Below are positions 1-7,343 of a stretch of DNA of 61,217 nucleotides, one piece after another. Position 1 is the stretch's first letter. Each line of letters opens with the position of its first letter. The DNA is taken from positions 1-61,217 of IMG/VR virus record IMGVR_UViG_3300035128_000109, one strand, 5' to 3'. Origin of the DNA: a virus (taxonomy: Duplodnaviria; Caudoviricetes). The position numbers were made by a program, and so were the translations under genes. The notes under the pieces are model-generated. The model had not been told where the DNA came from. It worked only from the letters and a program-made list of their open reading frames with translations, and ran no database searches.

Positions 1-20
1 AATTTGCAATAGGGTCCCAT
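1..20 (-). CDS. 5' end of cassette-3 gene (MGPYCK...), truncated by window edge
   Basis: AGAAAGGA ribosome-binding site followed by ATG GGA CCC TAT TGC AAA, just downstream of the cassette-3 leader. Confidence 0.5.
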
Positions 21-55
21 TTGAAAATCCTTTCTACTGAGAGTAAGCAGCCGGG

Positions 56-125
56 CTTGCGAATTGATCCGCTGCGCCGTTCGGCTGCCAAGACCCCTGC
101 ACTTGGGGTCGCAGCGCAGCCGAAC
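56..125 (-). other. Cassette-3 5' leader: core site GTTCGGC, hairpin, and anti-attC segment
   Basis: 67-81 is the exact reverse complement of 61093-61107 (15/15). 56-64 is the exact reverse complement of 61204-61212 (9/9). Internal hairpin GACCCC/GGGGTC. Confidence 0.8.
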
Positions 126-245
126 GGCCTGCGTTACTGGCAGGCGGATTATGACGGATCCGGCTCATTGCCAGAACTAGACGATTTGACGGTGTGATCT
201 TCGGGCGGCTGTAATGCCGCCTGTCCAGTGCACGCTTTGTTAGCC
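119..245 (-). other. attC: attC site (cassette 2)
   Basis: Minus strand GGCTAAC-AAAGC-GTGCACTG-GACAGGCGG...CCGCCTG-CCAGTAAC-GCAGGCC-GTTCGGC: R''/L''/L'/R' layout with extra-helical bases. R'' side is complementary to the cassette start at 782-793. Confidence 0.9.
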
Positions 246-367
246 GCCATCACGACGAACAGGGCAAGCTGGCTGCCGCGCCCGCGAGATACGCGGAAGC
301 CGCACTTGATAGCGGCCTCCACGATTTGCCGATATGCTTCATCTGTGAGATAGATCGATTTAGGCAT
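149..367 (-). CDS. Small hypothetical protein, possibly DNA-binding (cassette 2, gene 2); C-terminus encoded inside attC
   Basis: Likely start MPKSIYL at 367, overlapping the stop of the upstream ORF. Confidence 0.6.
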   Translation of the reverse strand: MPKSIYLTDEAYRQIVEAAIKCGFRVSRGRGSQLALFVVMAANKACTGQAALQPPEDHTVKSSSSGNEPDPS

Positions 368-704
368 TACTTGCCTTTTCGTAAGCATTCCAAGCTGCCA
401 AATACTCTTTTGGAACCCTGGAAATATCTTTCACATCCTCCCATGCTTGAGTTCCGTCCGGCAGCGTCTTCGATAGACATTGCCAAGTATAGTCAAATGG
501 TCGGAGCGGATGAGTCCACTCCCTATACTTGGCCTCCATCTTGCGGAGTTCTTTTGTAATTTCTAAGAACTCCCGATATCTTTTTTCTCGCTCACGCTTA
601 TCTTCTATGGCGTTCACGAGAGATTGCCTTGCGATTTCTGGATTTATTTCTTTCAAAATTGCAAAACCTTCAAGCTCTTGTTTGTTTCTAAAAATGCCGT
701 TCAT
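360..704 (-). CDS. Hypothetical protein (cassette 2, gene 1)
   Basis: 114-aa ORF with AAGGAG RBS, directly downstream of a consensus promoter. Confidence 0.75.
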   Translation of the reverse strand: MNGIFRNKQELEGFAILKEINPEIARQSLVNAIEDKREREKRYREFLEITKELRKMEAKYREWTHPLRPFDYTWQCLSKTLPDGTQAWEDVKDISRVPKEYLAAWNAYEKASNA

Positions 705-735
705 TTTTTATCTCCTTTTGTTTATCTATAGTTAT

Positions 736-763
736 ATTATACTCATATTCTATAGATTGTCAA
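736..763 (-). promoter_or_regulatory. Sigma70-type promoter inside cassette 2
   Basis: TTGACA-N16-TATAAT, both hexamers perfect. Confidence 0.8.
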
Positions 764-786
764 GAGGCAATTTCTAGTAAAGTGGC

Positions 787-915
787 GGCTAATGGCTTGC
801 GTTAGCGGCTCGCCGATTCGTCCTGACAACCATGCGGACACATATAACGATAACCGTGCAGGCACAATTCTGGCGGGGGCGGTACAGGCGAGTCCGCCTG
901 CACGCTTTGTTGGGC
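787..915 (-). other. attC: attC site (cassette 1) with degenerate R' core (ATTAGCC)
   Basis: GCCCAAC-AAAGC-GTGCAGGC-GGACTCGCC...GGCGAG-CCGCTAAC-GCAAGCC-ATTAGCC. R'' matches GTTGGGC at 1062-1068. Confidence 0.85.
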
Positions 916-1038
916 GGCTTCTTTGAGAACAGTGTTTTCGTTTTGCACCTGACGCAACTTTGCAAGAGTTACATTTAGTGCATCTCGACAATTGCCATGC
1001 AAGGCAATCAACTCATCCAATTCAGTTGTTATGCTCAT
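802..1038 (-). CDS. Hypothetical protein (cassette 1); C-terminal half encoded within attC
   Basis: 78-aa ORF with AAAGGAAG RBS immediately after the cassette core site. Confidence 0.65.
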   Translation of the reverse strand: MSITTELDELIALHGNCRDALNVTLAKLRQVQNENTVLKEAAQQSVQADSPVPPPPELCLHGYRYMCPHGCQDESASR

Positions 1039-1061
1039 GACTTCCTTTCGGCGGAGTGTCC

Positions 1062-1085
1062 GCCCAACTTATGATTCTACTATCA
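1062..1085 (-). other. attI: Putative attI site abutting the intI stop codon
   Basis: ...GTAGAATCATAA-GTTGGGC: GTTRRRY core directly after the integrase TAA, complementary to R'' of the first attC, with no attC stem upstream. Confidence 0.7.
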
Positions 1086-2064
1086 CCTTCTGCATAACAG
1101 GAAGTGCTTTCATGTAATCCAACGGCGAACTAACCGACGCAGCCCTCAAGTGGTGCGTGTAAATCATTGTTGTTTCAAGTTTTTTGTGACCTAACAGTTC
1201 CTGCACAGTCCTAATATCTGTGCCATGTTGAAGCAAATGGGTTGCAAAACAATGACGAAAAATGTGTGGATAACACCGCTTTGCTATGCCGGCTTTCTCG
1301 CCCGCCCTTCTAACTGCACGTTGAATACTGGACTCATGAATGTGATGCCGGCCAACGCGCTCACTTCGAGGATCTTTTGATAACTGCGAAGATGGAAAAA
1401 CATACTGCCATTTCCATTGAAAAGCAGCATTCGGATATTTTCTCCTCAACGCATAAGGCAATTCTACTTCTCCATAACCGTTAGCGAGATCTGCCTGATG
1501 TTGTGCTTTTACAATATTCAAATGCAATTGCAGAGCTGGAATAACAACCAAGGGAAGGCAAGTGGTTCGGTCTGCATTCCCCTTCGTATCGCGGAGGACG
1601 ATCACGTGATTATAAAAGTCTATTTCTTTCACCCGTAACTTCAAGCATTCATTCAAGCGCAGTCCTGCACCATACATCAACTGCGCCATGATCTTGTAAA
1701 CTCCATCCATATTTTCAACGACACAATGAATCTCGCCCTCTGTCAAAACCTCCGGAATCCGATTATCACGCTTAGCTCGAAATAGCTCTATGTTTTCAAT
1801 CCGAATACCATAAAGTTTGTATAAAAACAAAACAGCCGCCAGCGCCTGACCTTGGGTGGTTGGGCTTAGATTCTTGACGACAGACAAATGAGTAATGTAT
1901 CGCTTCACGCCAAACGACCTTGCTTCCCGGGGATGCTCGCCGGCTAAGAACCGGATATACCGACGAATCCAGCCCACATAAGTCTTTTCTGTTCTCGCAG
2001 ATCGACCTTTCCGTCGCAAAGCATTCTTATATTCAGCAATCAGTGTGTTTTCTGTCATTTTCAT
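1069..2064 (-). CDS. intI: Integron integrase (IntI-type tyrosine recombinase)
   Basis: GLRLNE, TKG, HIFRH, LLGH and TMIY catalytic motifs plus the IntI-specific insert [30 protein letters not shown]. Confidence 0.95.
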   Translation of the reverse strand: MKMTENTLIAEYKNALRRKGRSARTEKTYVGWIRRYIRFLAGEHPREARSFGVKRYITHLSVVKNLSPTTQGQALAAVLFLYKLYGIRIENIELFRAKRDNRIPEVLTEGEIHCVVENMDGVYKIMAQLMYGAGLRLNECLKLRVKEIDFYNHVIVLRDTKGNADRTTCLPLVVIPALQLHLNIVKAQHQADLANGYGEVELPYALRRKYPNAAFQWKWQYVFPSSQLSKDPRSERVGRHHIHESSIQRAVRRAGEKAGIAKRCYPHIFRHCFATHLLQHGTDIRTVQELLGHKKLETTMIYTHHLRAASVSSPLDYMKALPVMQKVIVES

Positions 2065-2296
2065 TCACTCTCGATTTGTCAGACAACTCCGCCGGCGGGG
2101 GTGGGGAAGAAGTCTGATCGCCAATCCACAAAATGAAACTTGCTAAACTATCAGAGCAAGGAACAACAATATGCCAACGTCCAATACGCCAACGGAACTT
2201 GTATACGCCATTTTGATTGATAGAAAGTCCGAAATTTTTCCTAACCTTGATAGCTTTCACGTTTTCTCCTACAGACGTATAATCTATAAGGTACAT
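2033..2296 (-). CDS. Hypothetical protein
   Basis: 87-aa ORF overlapping the intI start. Confidence 0.45.
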   Translation of the reverse strand: MYLIDYTSVGENVKAIKVRKNFGLSINQNGVYKFRWRIGRWHIVVPCSDSLASFILWIGDQTSSPPPPAELSDKSRVNENDRKHTDC

Positions 2297-2370
2297 TACA
2301 GATTATACAACCATTTTGCCAGCCTGACTAGGGTCTCTGCATTACCAACTATTCTGTATTAGTTGGTGAA

Positions 2371-3249
2371 CTACAACTTCGCAGTTAATTCTTTTAGTTT
2401 AGACAGGTTTTTTTCTTGCATTGCTTTTGCTTCATTCCAAAAACCTTCATCAATGTGCAACTCTATTTCTTCTCTTACCAAATCGGCCAAGTCATTAGCC
2501 CTGATTGCATCCAACTCCCACGAGAAGCGACCAAACTCGGACACATAACCCGGAGCCCTGGAATCTGTCATCTTGGCCGGGTTGGGCGGAAGCGACCATA
2601 AATCAACTTGATCCCTGAGCAGCGCAATGCGCGTTATTTCAATATCAAATTCACCCTCCAAAAGTAGCCTTGTCCGTTCTGCAATGTCCCTATCCATGTC
2701 GAGACCGGAGGCGTCGTGGTCGCCCAAATAAATTATATGGAGTTCTTTCATATCGTCGCCCTGCTTTATAAACCTGTCCGCAACATCTTTCAACAATGAA
2801 GCGGAAGCGTAGCCGCGATTGGCTGTAAAGCCTACGCCTAATTCGTTGCACACAGGTTCTATGATGTTTGAGACTGCATCTTTTTCACACATGACTTCGA
2901 TGTAGCACGGCTGAAGCAGCCACAAATCTTCCCTGTATGAGTTCAGCACAGAACGCATGATTGACCTTGGGCTTCCCCAGGTTGATGGCCTTTCGGTGGA
3001 GCGCCCACGATCTTCGATAGCATCCCAATCCACAAGCCCAGACCAACGCGCATCGTTGATTATAGAAGCTAGGCGCTTATACGTTTTCAGGTTGTTGGGT
3101 ATCAGGTCGGCAGATACCATCTGGTAGTAAAGTTGTCTCAATGTCATTCGATACCCCATATCAAAATACGCTTCGATGATTGAGTTTGCTTGCTCGATTA
3201 GTTCAAGGCTTGATTTCTGAAAATTCTTTTCAATATATGCGTACTTCAC
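2371..3249 (-). CDS. Topoisomerase VI-A/TOPRIM-like domain protein
   Basis: TLRQLYYQ helix, EVMCEKDA and YLGDHDASG (TOPRIM E and DxD) motifs. Confidence 0.7.
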   Translation of the reverse strand: MKYAYIEKNFQKSSLELIEQANSIIEAYFDMGYRMTLRQLYYQMVSADLIPNNLKTYKRLASIINDARWSGLVDWDAIEDRGRSTERPSTWGSPRSIMRSVLNSYREDLWLLQPCYIEVMCEKDAVSNIIEPVCNELGVGFTANRGYASASLLKDVADRFIKQGDDMKELHIIYLGDHDASGLDMDRDIAERTRLLLEGEFDIEITRIALLRDQVDLWSLPPNPAKMTDSRAPGYVSEFGRFSWELDAIRANDLADLVREEIELHIDEGFWNEAKAMQEKNLSKLKELTAKL

Positions 3250-3743
3250 CTCGTTACTCCTCGCTCCGCTTTCAAAGCATACACCCGCCGAATAGCCCGA
3301 TCACAGACCTCCAACAGATCATCTCTGTCTGACATTCTTTCATAGACCATGGTAGCCGTGATCCCCTCACGCCCCAACGACTCCCGCAACCGTTCCATAA
3401 AAGCCTCCGGATCCGTTCGAACCAGGAACACAACCTCATCCCCAGAGGCATAATTCGCCTTGAGGAGCAGGTCATCATGTCGAAAGTCAAACGCCCTCCG
3501 TATCATATCATTGACAGGCTCTTGGGAACCGTGTCGGTCATTCAACTGGTGGAGGTAATCAATATCGATCATGACTACATACCTCTCACCTTTCAGCCGG
3601 CGATTCTCGATCTCCAGCGCCTGGCGCGTGAGGGTCCCGTAATTGGGATTCACGCGCAGGGCTTTGTTTTCCTGCTCGAGCTCGGCAATGCGCCGCAATA
3701 AAGCGGCACGACTCAGGTTATTCATTGCGCCCTCCAATGTCAA
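3246..3743 (-). CDS. Stand-alone GGDEF-like (diguanylate cyclase-like) protein
   Basis: TLTRQ, MIDIDYLHQLNDRHG and SGDEV motifs, with a short N-terminal coiled coil. Confidence 0.75.
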   Translation of the reverse strand: MTLEGAMNNLSRAALLRRIAELEQENKALRVNPNYGTLTRQALEIENRRLKGERYVVMIDIDYLHQLNDRHGSQEPVNDMIRRAFDFRHDDLLLKANYASGDEVVFLVRTDPEAFMERLRESLGREGITATMVYERMSDRDDLLEVCDRAIRRVYALKAERGVTR

Positions 3744-3939
3744 TTTTACTCAAAGATTCAACCGGGAACGTCCAGTAGGATACAAACGTGTCCACGCTCG
3801 TGTCTCCATCTCCAGGGAAACACATAGACATCTGGTGATTCAGATAAACTACCTTGTCTTTACGGCTGACTTTTTCCACCCGGGCGATTCCCTGGCATCG
3901 ATCAACTCGCACGAAGTCACCCTTCTTGATTGTCGGCAT
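3718..3939 (-). CDS. Hypothetical protein
   Basis: Coupled ORF within the operon. Confidence 0.55.
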   Translation of the reverse strand: MPTIKKGDFVRVDRCQGIARVEKVSRKDKVVYLNHQMSMCFPGDGDTSVDTFVSYWTFPVESLSKIDIGGRNE

Positions 3940-4198
3940 CGTCCACCTCCTCCGCCGGAACCCGACCGGTCCCCTTGCAGGTCTCGCAGTGTTTTATAAG
4001 AGGATAAACAGAAATGGTTTGTGGAATCCATTTATGACCAGACCCATCGCACCCAGGACATTTCTCCCAGGCATTAGGATTCCTTGGGCATCCGGGAGTT
4101 TGGCACTCATACGATACCGGCCCCCAGCGTAGCCTGGCATACCCCTCGTTCACATCCACCAGGTCATACCCGCACTCAGGGCAAATAGGACTACCCAC
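3917..4198 (-). CDS. Cys-rich zinc-finger protein
   Basis: CPECG, CPGCDGSG and CETCKGTG (DnaJ-like CxxCxGxG) motifs. Confidence 0.65.
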   Translation of the reverse strand: MGSPICPECGYDLVDVNEGYARLRWGPVSYECQTPGCPRNPNAWEKCPGCDGSGHKWIPQTISVYPLIKHCETCKGTGRVPAEEVDDADNQEG

Positions 4199-4403
4199 GA
4201 TTCACATCCTGTCTGGCAACCTCCAGCCAGGACTCCGTATCGACCAAGTCGCCAGTGGTCAGACAACGGCCAACCTGCTCGCCTTTCACCTCGGCCAACT
4301 TAGCCCGGAATGTCTCGGCAAACCACTTCGTAAACTCAGGCTCCCCCATGAGATCACTAAGGGCCCTATACAATTCTATTCTCAATTTCATCAACTCACC
4401 CAC
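4191..4403 (-). CDS. Hypothetical protein
   Basis: Start and stop overlap the neighbouring ORFs. Confidence 0.55.
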   Translation of the reverse strand: MGELMKLRIELYRALSDLMGEPEFTKWFAETFRAKLAEVKGEQVGRCLTTGDLVDTESWLEVARQDVNRG

Positions 4404-4680
4404 TGGACTCTCCCTTCAACTCAGCAATCCTGGCCTGAATGAGCTCGATCCGCTCAGAGACAGGACCGAACGCCGGCACATTACGGTCATCGGCATACCA
4501 ATCATGCGCTCCATCAGGATCCAGCTCCAGCAACATAGAAAACACGTTTCGCTCTTCCTCCAGCTTGCGCTCGAGTCGATCCTTGCGCTCGGCCTCCCAG
4601 GCCTCTTCCTGCCAGGCCTGCACACGCTCACGATAGGATTGATTTACATGATAATTGCCATTCGATAAACCAGTAGGCAT
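4396..4680 (-). CDS. Hypothetical protein
   Basis: Coupled ORF. Confidence 0.6.
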   Translation of the reverse strand: MPTGLSNGNYHVNQSYRERVQAWQEEAWEAERKDRLERKLEEERNVFSMLLELDPDGAHDWYADDRNVPAFGPVSERIELIQARIAELKGESSG

Positions 4681-5030
4681 TATCTAAACTCCCAAGGCCG
4701 GCGAGGAGAAAGTTTCCGCAAATTGACAGGTTTCGCCTCGTGCCCAATAAATCTCGCGTTATCCTCTTCATCCGTTGACTCCCCCATCCAGATGTTGCGG
4801 GTTACGATGGTACGACCGTCAAAGGTCTCAATCACGAACTTACGGCCGGCAAACCCCTTCGAAGGCCGAACCCAACGCTGGCCATAGGAATTTCCGGCCA
4901 GGACTTTGCCAGTAACATCCGGTTCCACGGTGTACCGGATACCACCGATCACAAAGCACTCAGCCTCCACCAGGCGCTCTGCCGGCGAAGTCGAAACTAT
5001 AACTTGAAACTTTTCCTGAATTTCAGACAT
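4680..5030 (-). CDS. Hypothetical protein
   Basis: AGGAG RBS; first gene after the promoter at 5067-5095. Confidence 0.7.
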   Translation of the reverse strand: MSEIQEKFQVIVSTSPAERLVEAECFVIGGIRYTVEPDVTGKVLAGNSYGQRWVRPSKGFAGRKFVIETFDGRTIVTRNIWMGESTDEEDNARFIGHEAKPVNLRKLSPRRPWEFR

Positions 5031-5066
5031 ACTAACTCCTAGACTTTGGATGGTTACTACGTTACA

Positions 5067-5095
5067 AGTATAAGCGATAAACTATTATTTGTCAA
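5067..5095 (-). promoter_or_regulatory. Sigma70-type promoter of the early operon leading toward intI
   Basis: TTGACA-N17-TATACT. Confidence 0.75.
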
Positions 5096-5103
5096 TGGTT
5101 TTA

Positions 5104-5928
5104 TTATAACAACTTCATTTGATCGGCTCCCCCGTCCGCAGCCGGCCCGGTATAGCTCGGGAACTCCCGGATCCACAACCTATCAGGGATTCTTCCCCGG
5201 TTCCCAGGCCGAAGCCCGGAGTCCTGTTTGACAAAAACACTCACCCCATAGTTCCGGCACTCATCAATATTGAATTGCAACCCATCCAGATCAAGAGGCG
5301 TATACCCAGGCCCCGACTCACCCCCAAATATCGCCATTGAGATCCAGTTCTCAACCGACAGATGCCGCGATAGGTACGCCGGCCCCAGCATCGGCTCGAA
5401 ACTCACGAAGATCGGATGGGCATCCAACTCACGCAAAAGCGGAAGCCGCGTCCGAGCCGTGGTCTCGTTTGTGATCGATACTCCAGGCCAGATGTTCTCA
5501 GGCACCCGCCCCAGCTTCTCGAAAAATCTCAGCATCCGCTTGACCCGCTTGGTCAAGATCATGTAAATGTGAGGAGTGGACTCCAGAGCCGGAACGAACT
5601 CAACCAGCCAATCTAGCGGGAGTCCCTTGGTGAACGTATCGCCCATATCATTCAGGAAAATCAACCGGGGCATTTCGGGCGGGATCCAGGGTTTATCCGG
5701 TCTTGGCTTCCCCCGCAGGTCTGACCAGGACAGAGCATATTTGATGCGCTCGGGGAAGATCGCCGGCTGGTCGAACGAGGCCGGCCAGCCCTTCGAACCT
5801 GCGTACTTCTCGGTCATACGCCCGGCGTAGCAGGATCGGTTTTTTGTATTCCACAATTCGCATCCCTGGCAGCCCATCTGCAAATTCAGTGTTGAGTCGC
5901 ACCAGGCGATATCAGTCTTGATCGCCAT
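5104..5928 (-). CDS. DUF5131 / phage Gp37Gp68 family protein
   Basis: Start MAIKTDIAWCD; GCxGC...CYA, IFLNDMGD, ILTKR, SFEPMLG, GGESGP and VFVKQ motifs. Confidence 0.85.
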   Translation of the reverse strand: MAIKTDIAWCDSTLNLQMGCQGCELWNTKNRSCYAGRMTEKYAGSKGWPASFDQPAIFPERIKYALSWSDLRGKPRPDKPWIPPEMPRLIFLNDMGDTFTKGLPLDWLVEFVPALESTPHIYMILTKRVKRMLRFFEKLGRVPENIWPGVSITNETTARTRLPLLRELDAHPIFVSFEPMLGPAYLSRHLSVENWISMAIFGGESGPGYTPLDLDGLQFNIDECRNYGVSVFVKQDSGLRPGNRGRIPDRLWIREFPSYTGPAADGGADQMKLL

Positions 5929-6058
5929 TGCCGACAGCCTCTTCGAATAACTCCACAATAAACCTTGCAGGAGGATCCTCGTCAAACTCTGCCGCTATCC
6001 CAAGAAAAAGACCAGCAATAGCAACAAAGAAAGCTGAAAAAAGTTTTTTGAAGTTCAT
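5912..6058 (-). CDS. Small membrane or secreted protein
   Basis: MNFKKLFSAFFVAIAGLFLGIAA hydrophobic N-terminus. Confidence 0.45.
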   Translation of the reverse strand: MNFKKLFSAFFVAIAGLFLGIAAEFDEDPPARFIVELFEEAVGNGDQD

Positions 6059-6141
6059 ATTTTTTATTCTCTCAAAATCGCCGGCCCGATCCACTGGCAG
6101 TCAGGCTGCTCGGGAACCAGGCCGGCGAGAACCCCTACACT

Positions 6142-7017
6142 TTAGAACGGAATATCGTCATCGTCGTACACTTCCATAGGCGGTTCTTCTGGCATAGGTG
6201 GTTCGTGATACTCGTTCCCACCCCCGGCCCCATTTTTGGGAGCCTGCATATTATCGAACACATGCAACCACTCATGAGCCTGGTCGGCCAAATCGTTCAT
6301 CCACTCAGCAATCTCACGACCGACGTAACGCCGTTCAATGTTGGACGCATTCAAGTCATCCGGGACAAGACAGGTTATGGGCGTGATCGGCTGTTTTTTA
6401 TTTTTCCCGACCATCTCCTGCTTGCGCTCCTGGCCAAACGTGCCGATCTGCATCCAAAAGTACGGGAACGCGCTGGCTGCCACGCCGGCCTTTTTCAACA
6501 CCGGAGCAAGTGCAGCCTTCCAGGTAGAGATCGCCTTCTGCACATGGTTGACCTGATAACCCTTCGGGGATAACAGCACCGGAGCCCAGGGATATACAGT
6601 CTTATCACTCACAAACCCGAGCAAGCCCAGGACCTGCAAACCAGGCCGGGCCCCAGGAGTAAAGGGAGCAACTCGACGATCATATCCATTTATCTCCATG
6701 GTCGAGTATTGGCGTATCCCCATCGGGCAGATCAACAACGAACGGGAGGTGTACACAGGCAAAGTCCCCTGAGCAATATCCACCTCGGTCTCTTCAAACC
6801 CAGGAATTGGGAACGTCATATTGTCCGATTCCCAGAAGTCCATGGGGGCCTGCAATTTTTCAGACGAACAAGCCCAGCCACCGAAGTAGTGCGCGCCTCC
6901 CACCTGTTTCAGCGCAGCATTCCCATTCATAACCCAGAACGCCGGCGTCGGGAACGGAAGTTCTGTCGAACCCCCGGTATCAAGATCAATTTGGCTTTCA
7001 GGTAAATCTAATGGCAT
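6142..7017 (-). CDS. Putative single-stranded DNA-binding / recombination protein
   Basis: SSB-type acidic tail DDDDIPF; lies in the replication region. Confidence 0.5.
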   Translation of the reverse strand: MPLDLPESQIDLDTGGSTELPFPTPAFWVMNGNAALKQVGGAHYFGGWACSSEKLQAPMDFWESDNMTFPIPGFEETEVDIAQGTLPVYTSRSLLICPMGIRQYSTMEINGYDRRVAPFTPGARPGLQVLGLLGFVSDKTVYPWAPVLLSPKGYQVNHVQKAISTWKAALAPVLKKAGVAASAFPYFWMQIGTFGQERKQEMVGKNKKQPITPITCLVPDDLNASNIERRYVGREIAEWMNDLADQAHEWLHVFDNMQAPKNGAGGGNEYHEPPMPEEPPMEVYDDDDIPF

Positions 7018-7019
7018 TT

Positions 7020-7280
7020 CTAACTCCCTTCTTTCTCTTCATCATTATTGCCCCCACTCATCTCTTCGGCCAGACGTTCGCCCTGCTCTCGCTGGTACTG
7101 CTGATAGTGCGATCGCAGGAACGAGATAGCCTCACTCATAGCCCAGGACAGGTTCCCATCAATTTTCCTGGTCTGGGGATTAGTGCGCATGTGCCCGGTC
7201 ACCCGCGCCAAGCGCACCAGCCAATCCCGATCATTCACAGGGATGACAACAGTTGTTGAGATTTTCAATTCTTTTGGCAT
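7020..7280 (-). CDS. Small hypothetical protein, possibly DNA-binding
   Basis: 86-aa ORF after an AT-rich intergenic region. Confidence 0.55.
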   Translation of the reverse strand: MPKELKISTTVVIPVNDRDWLVRLARVTGHMRTNPQTRKIDGNLSWAMSEAISFLRSHYQQYQREQGERLAEEMSGGNNDEEKEGS

Positions 7281-7343
7281 AAAAATTCCGTTTCTCCTAG
7301 ATGATGGTTGTAGAACAAGTATACCATGAAAAACTATTATAAA

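Noticed and set aside
743-991. Alternative 82-aa ORF over attC1
   Set aside because: It overlaps 802-1038, which has the RBS; most likely a shadow frame.
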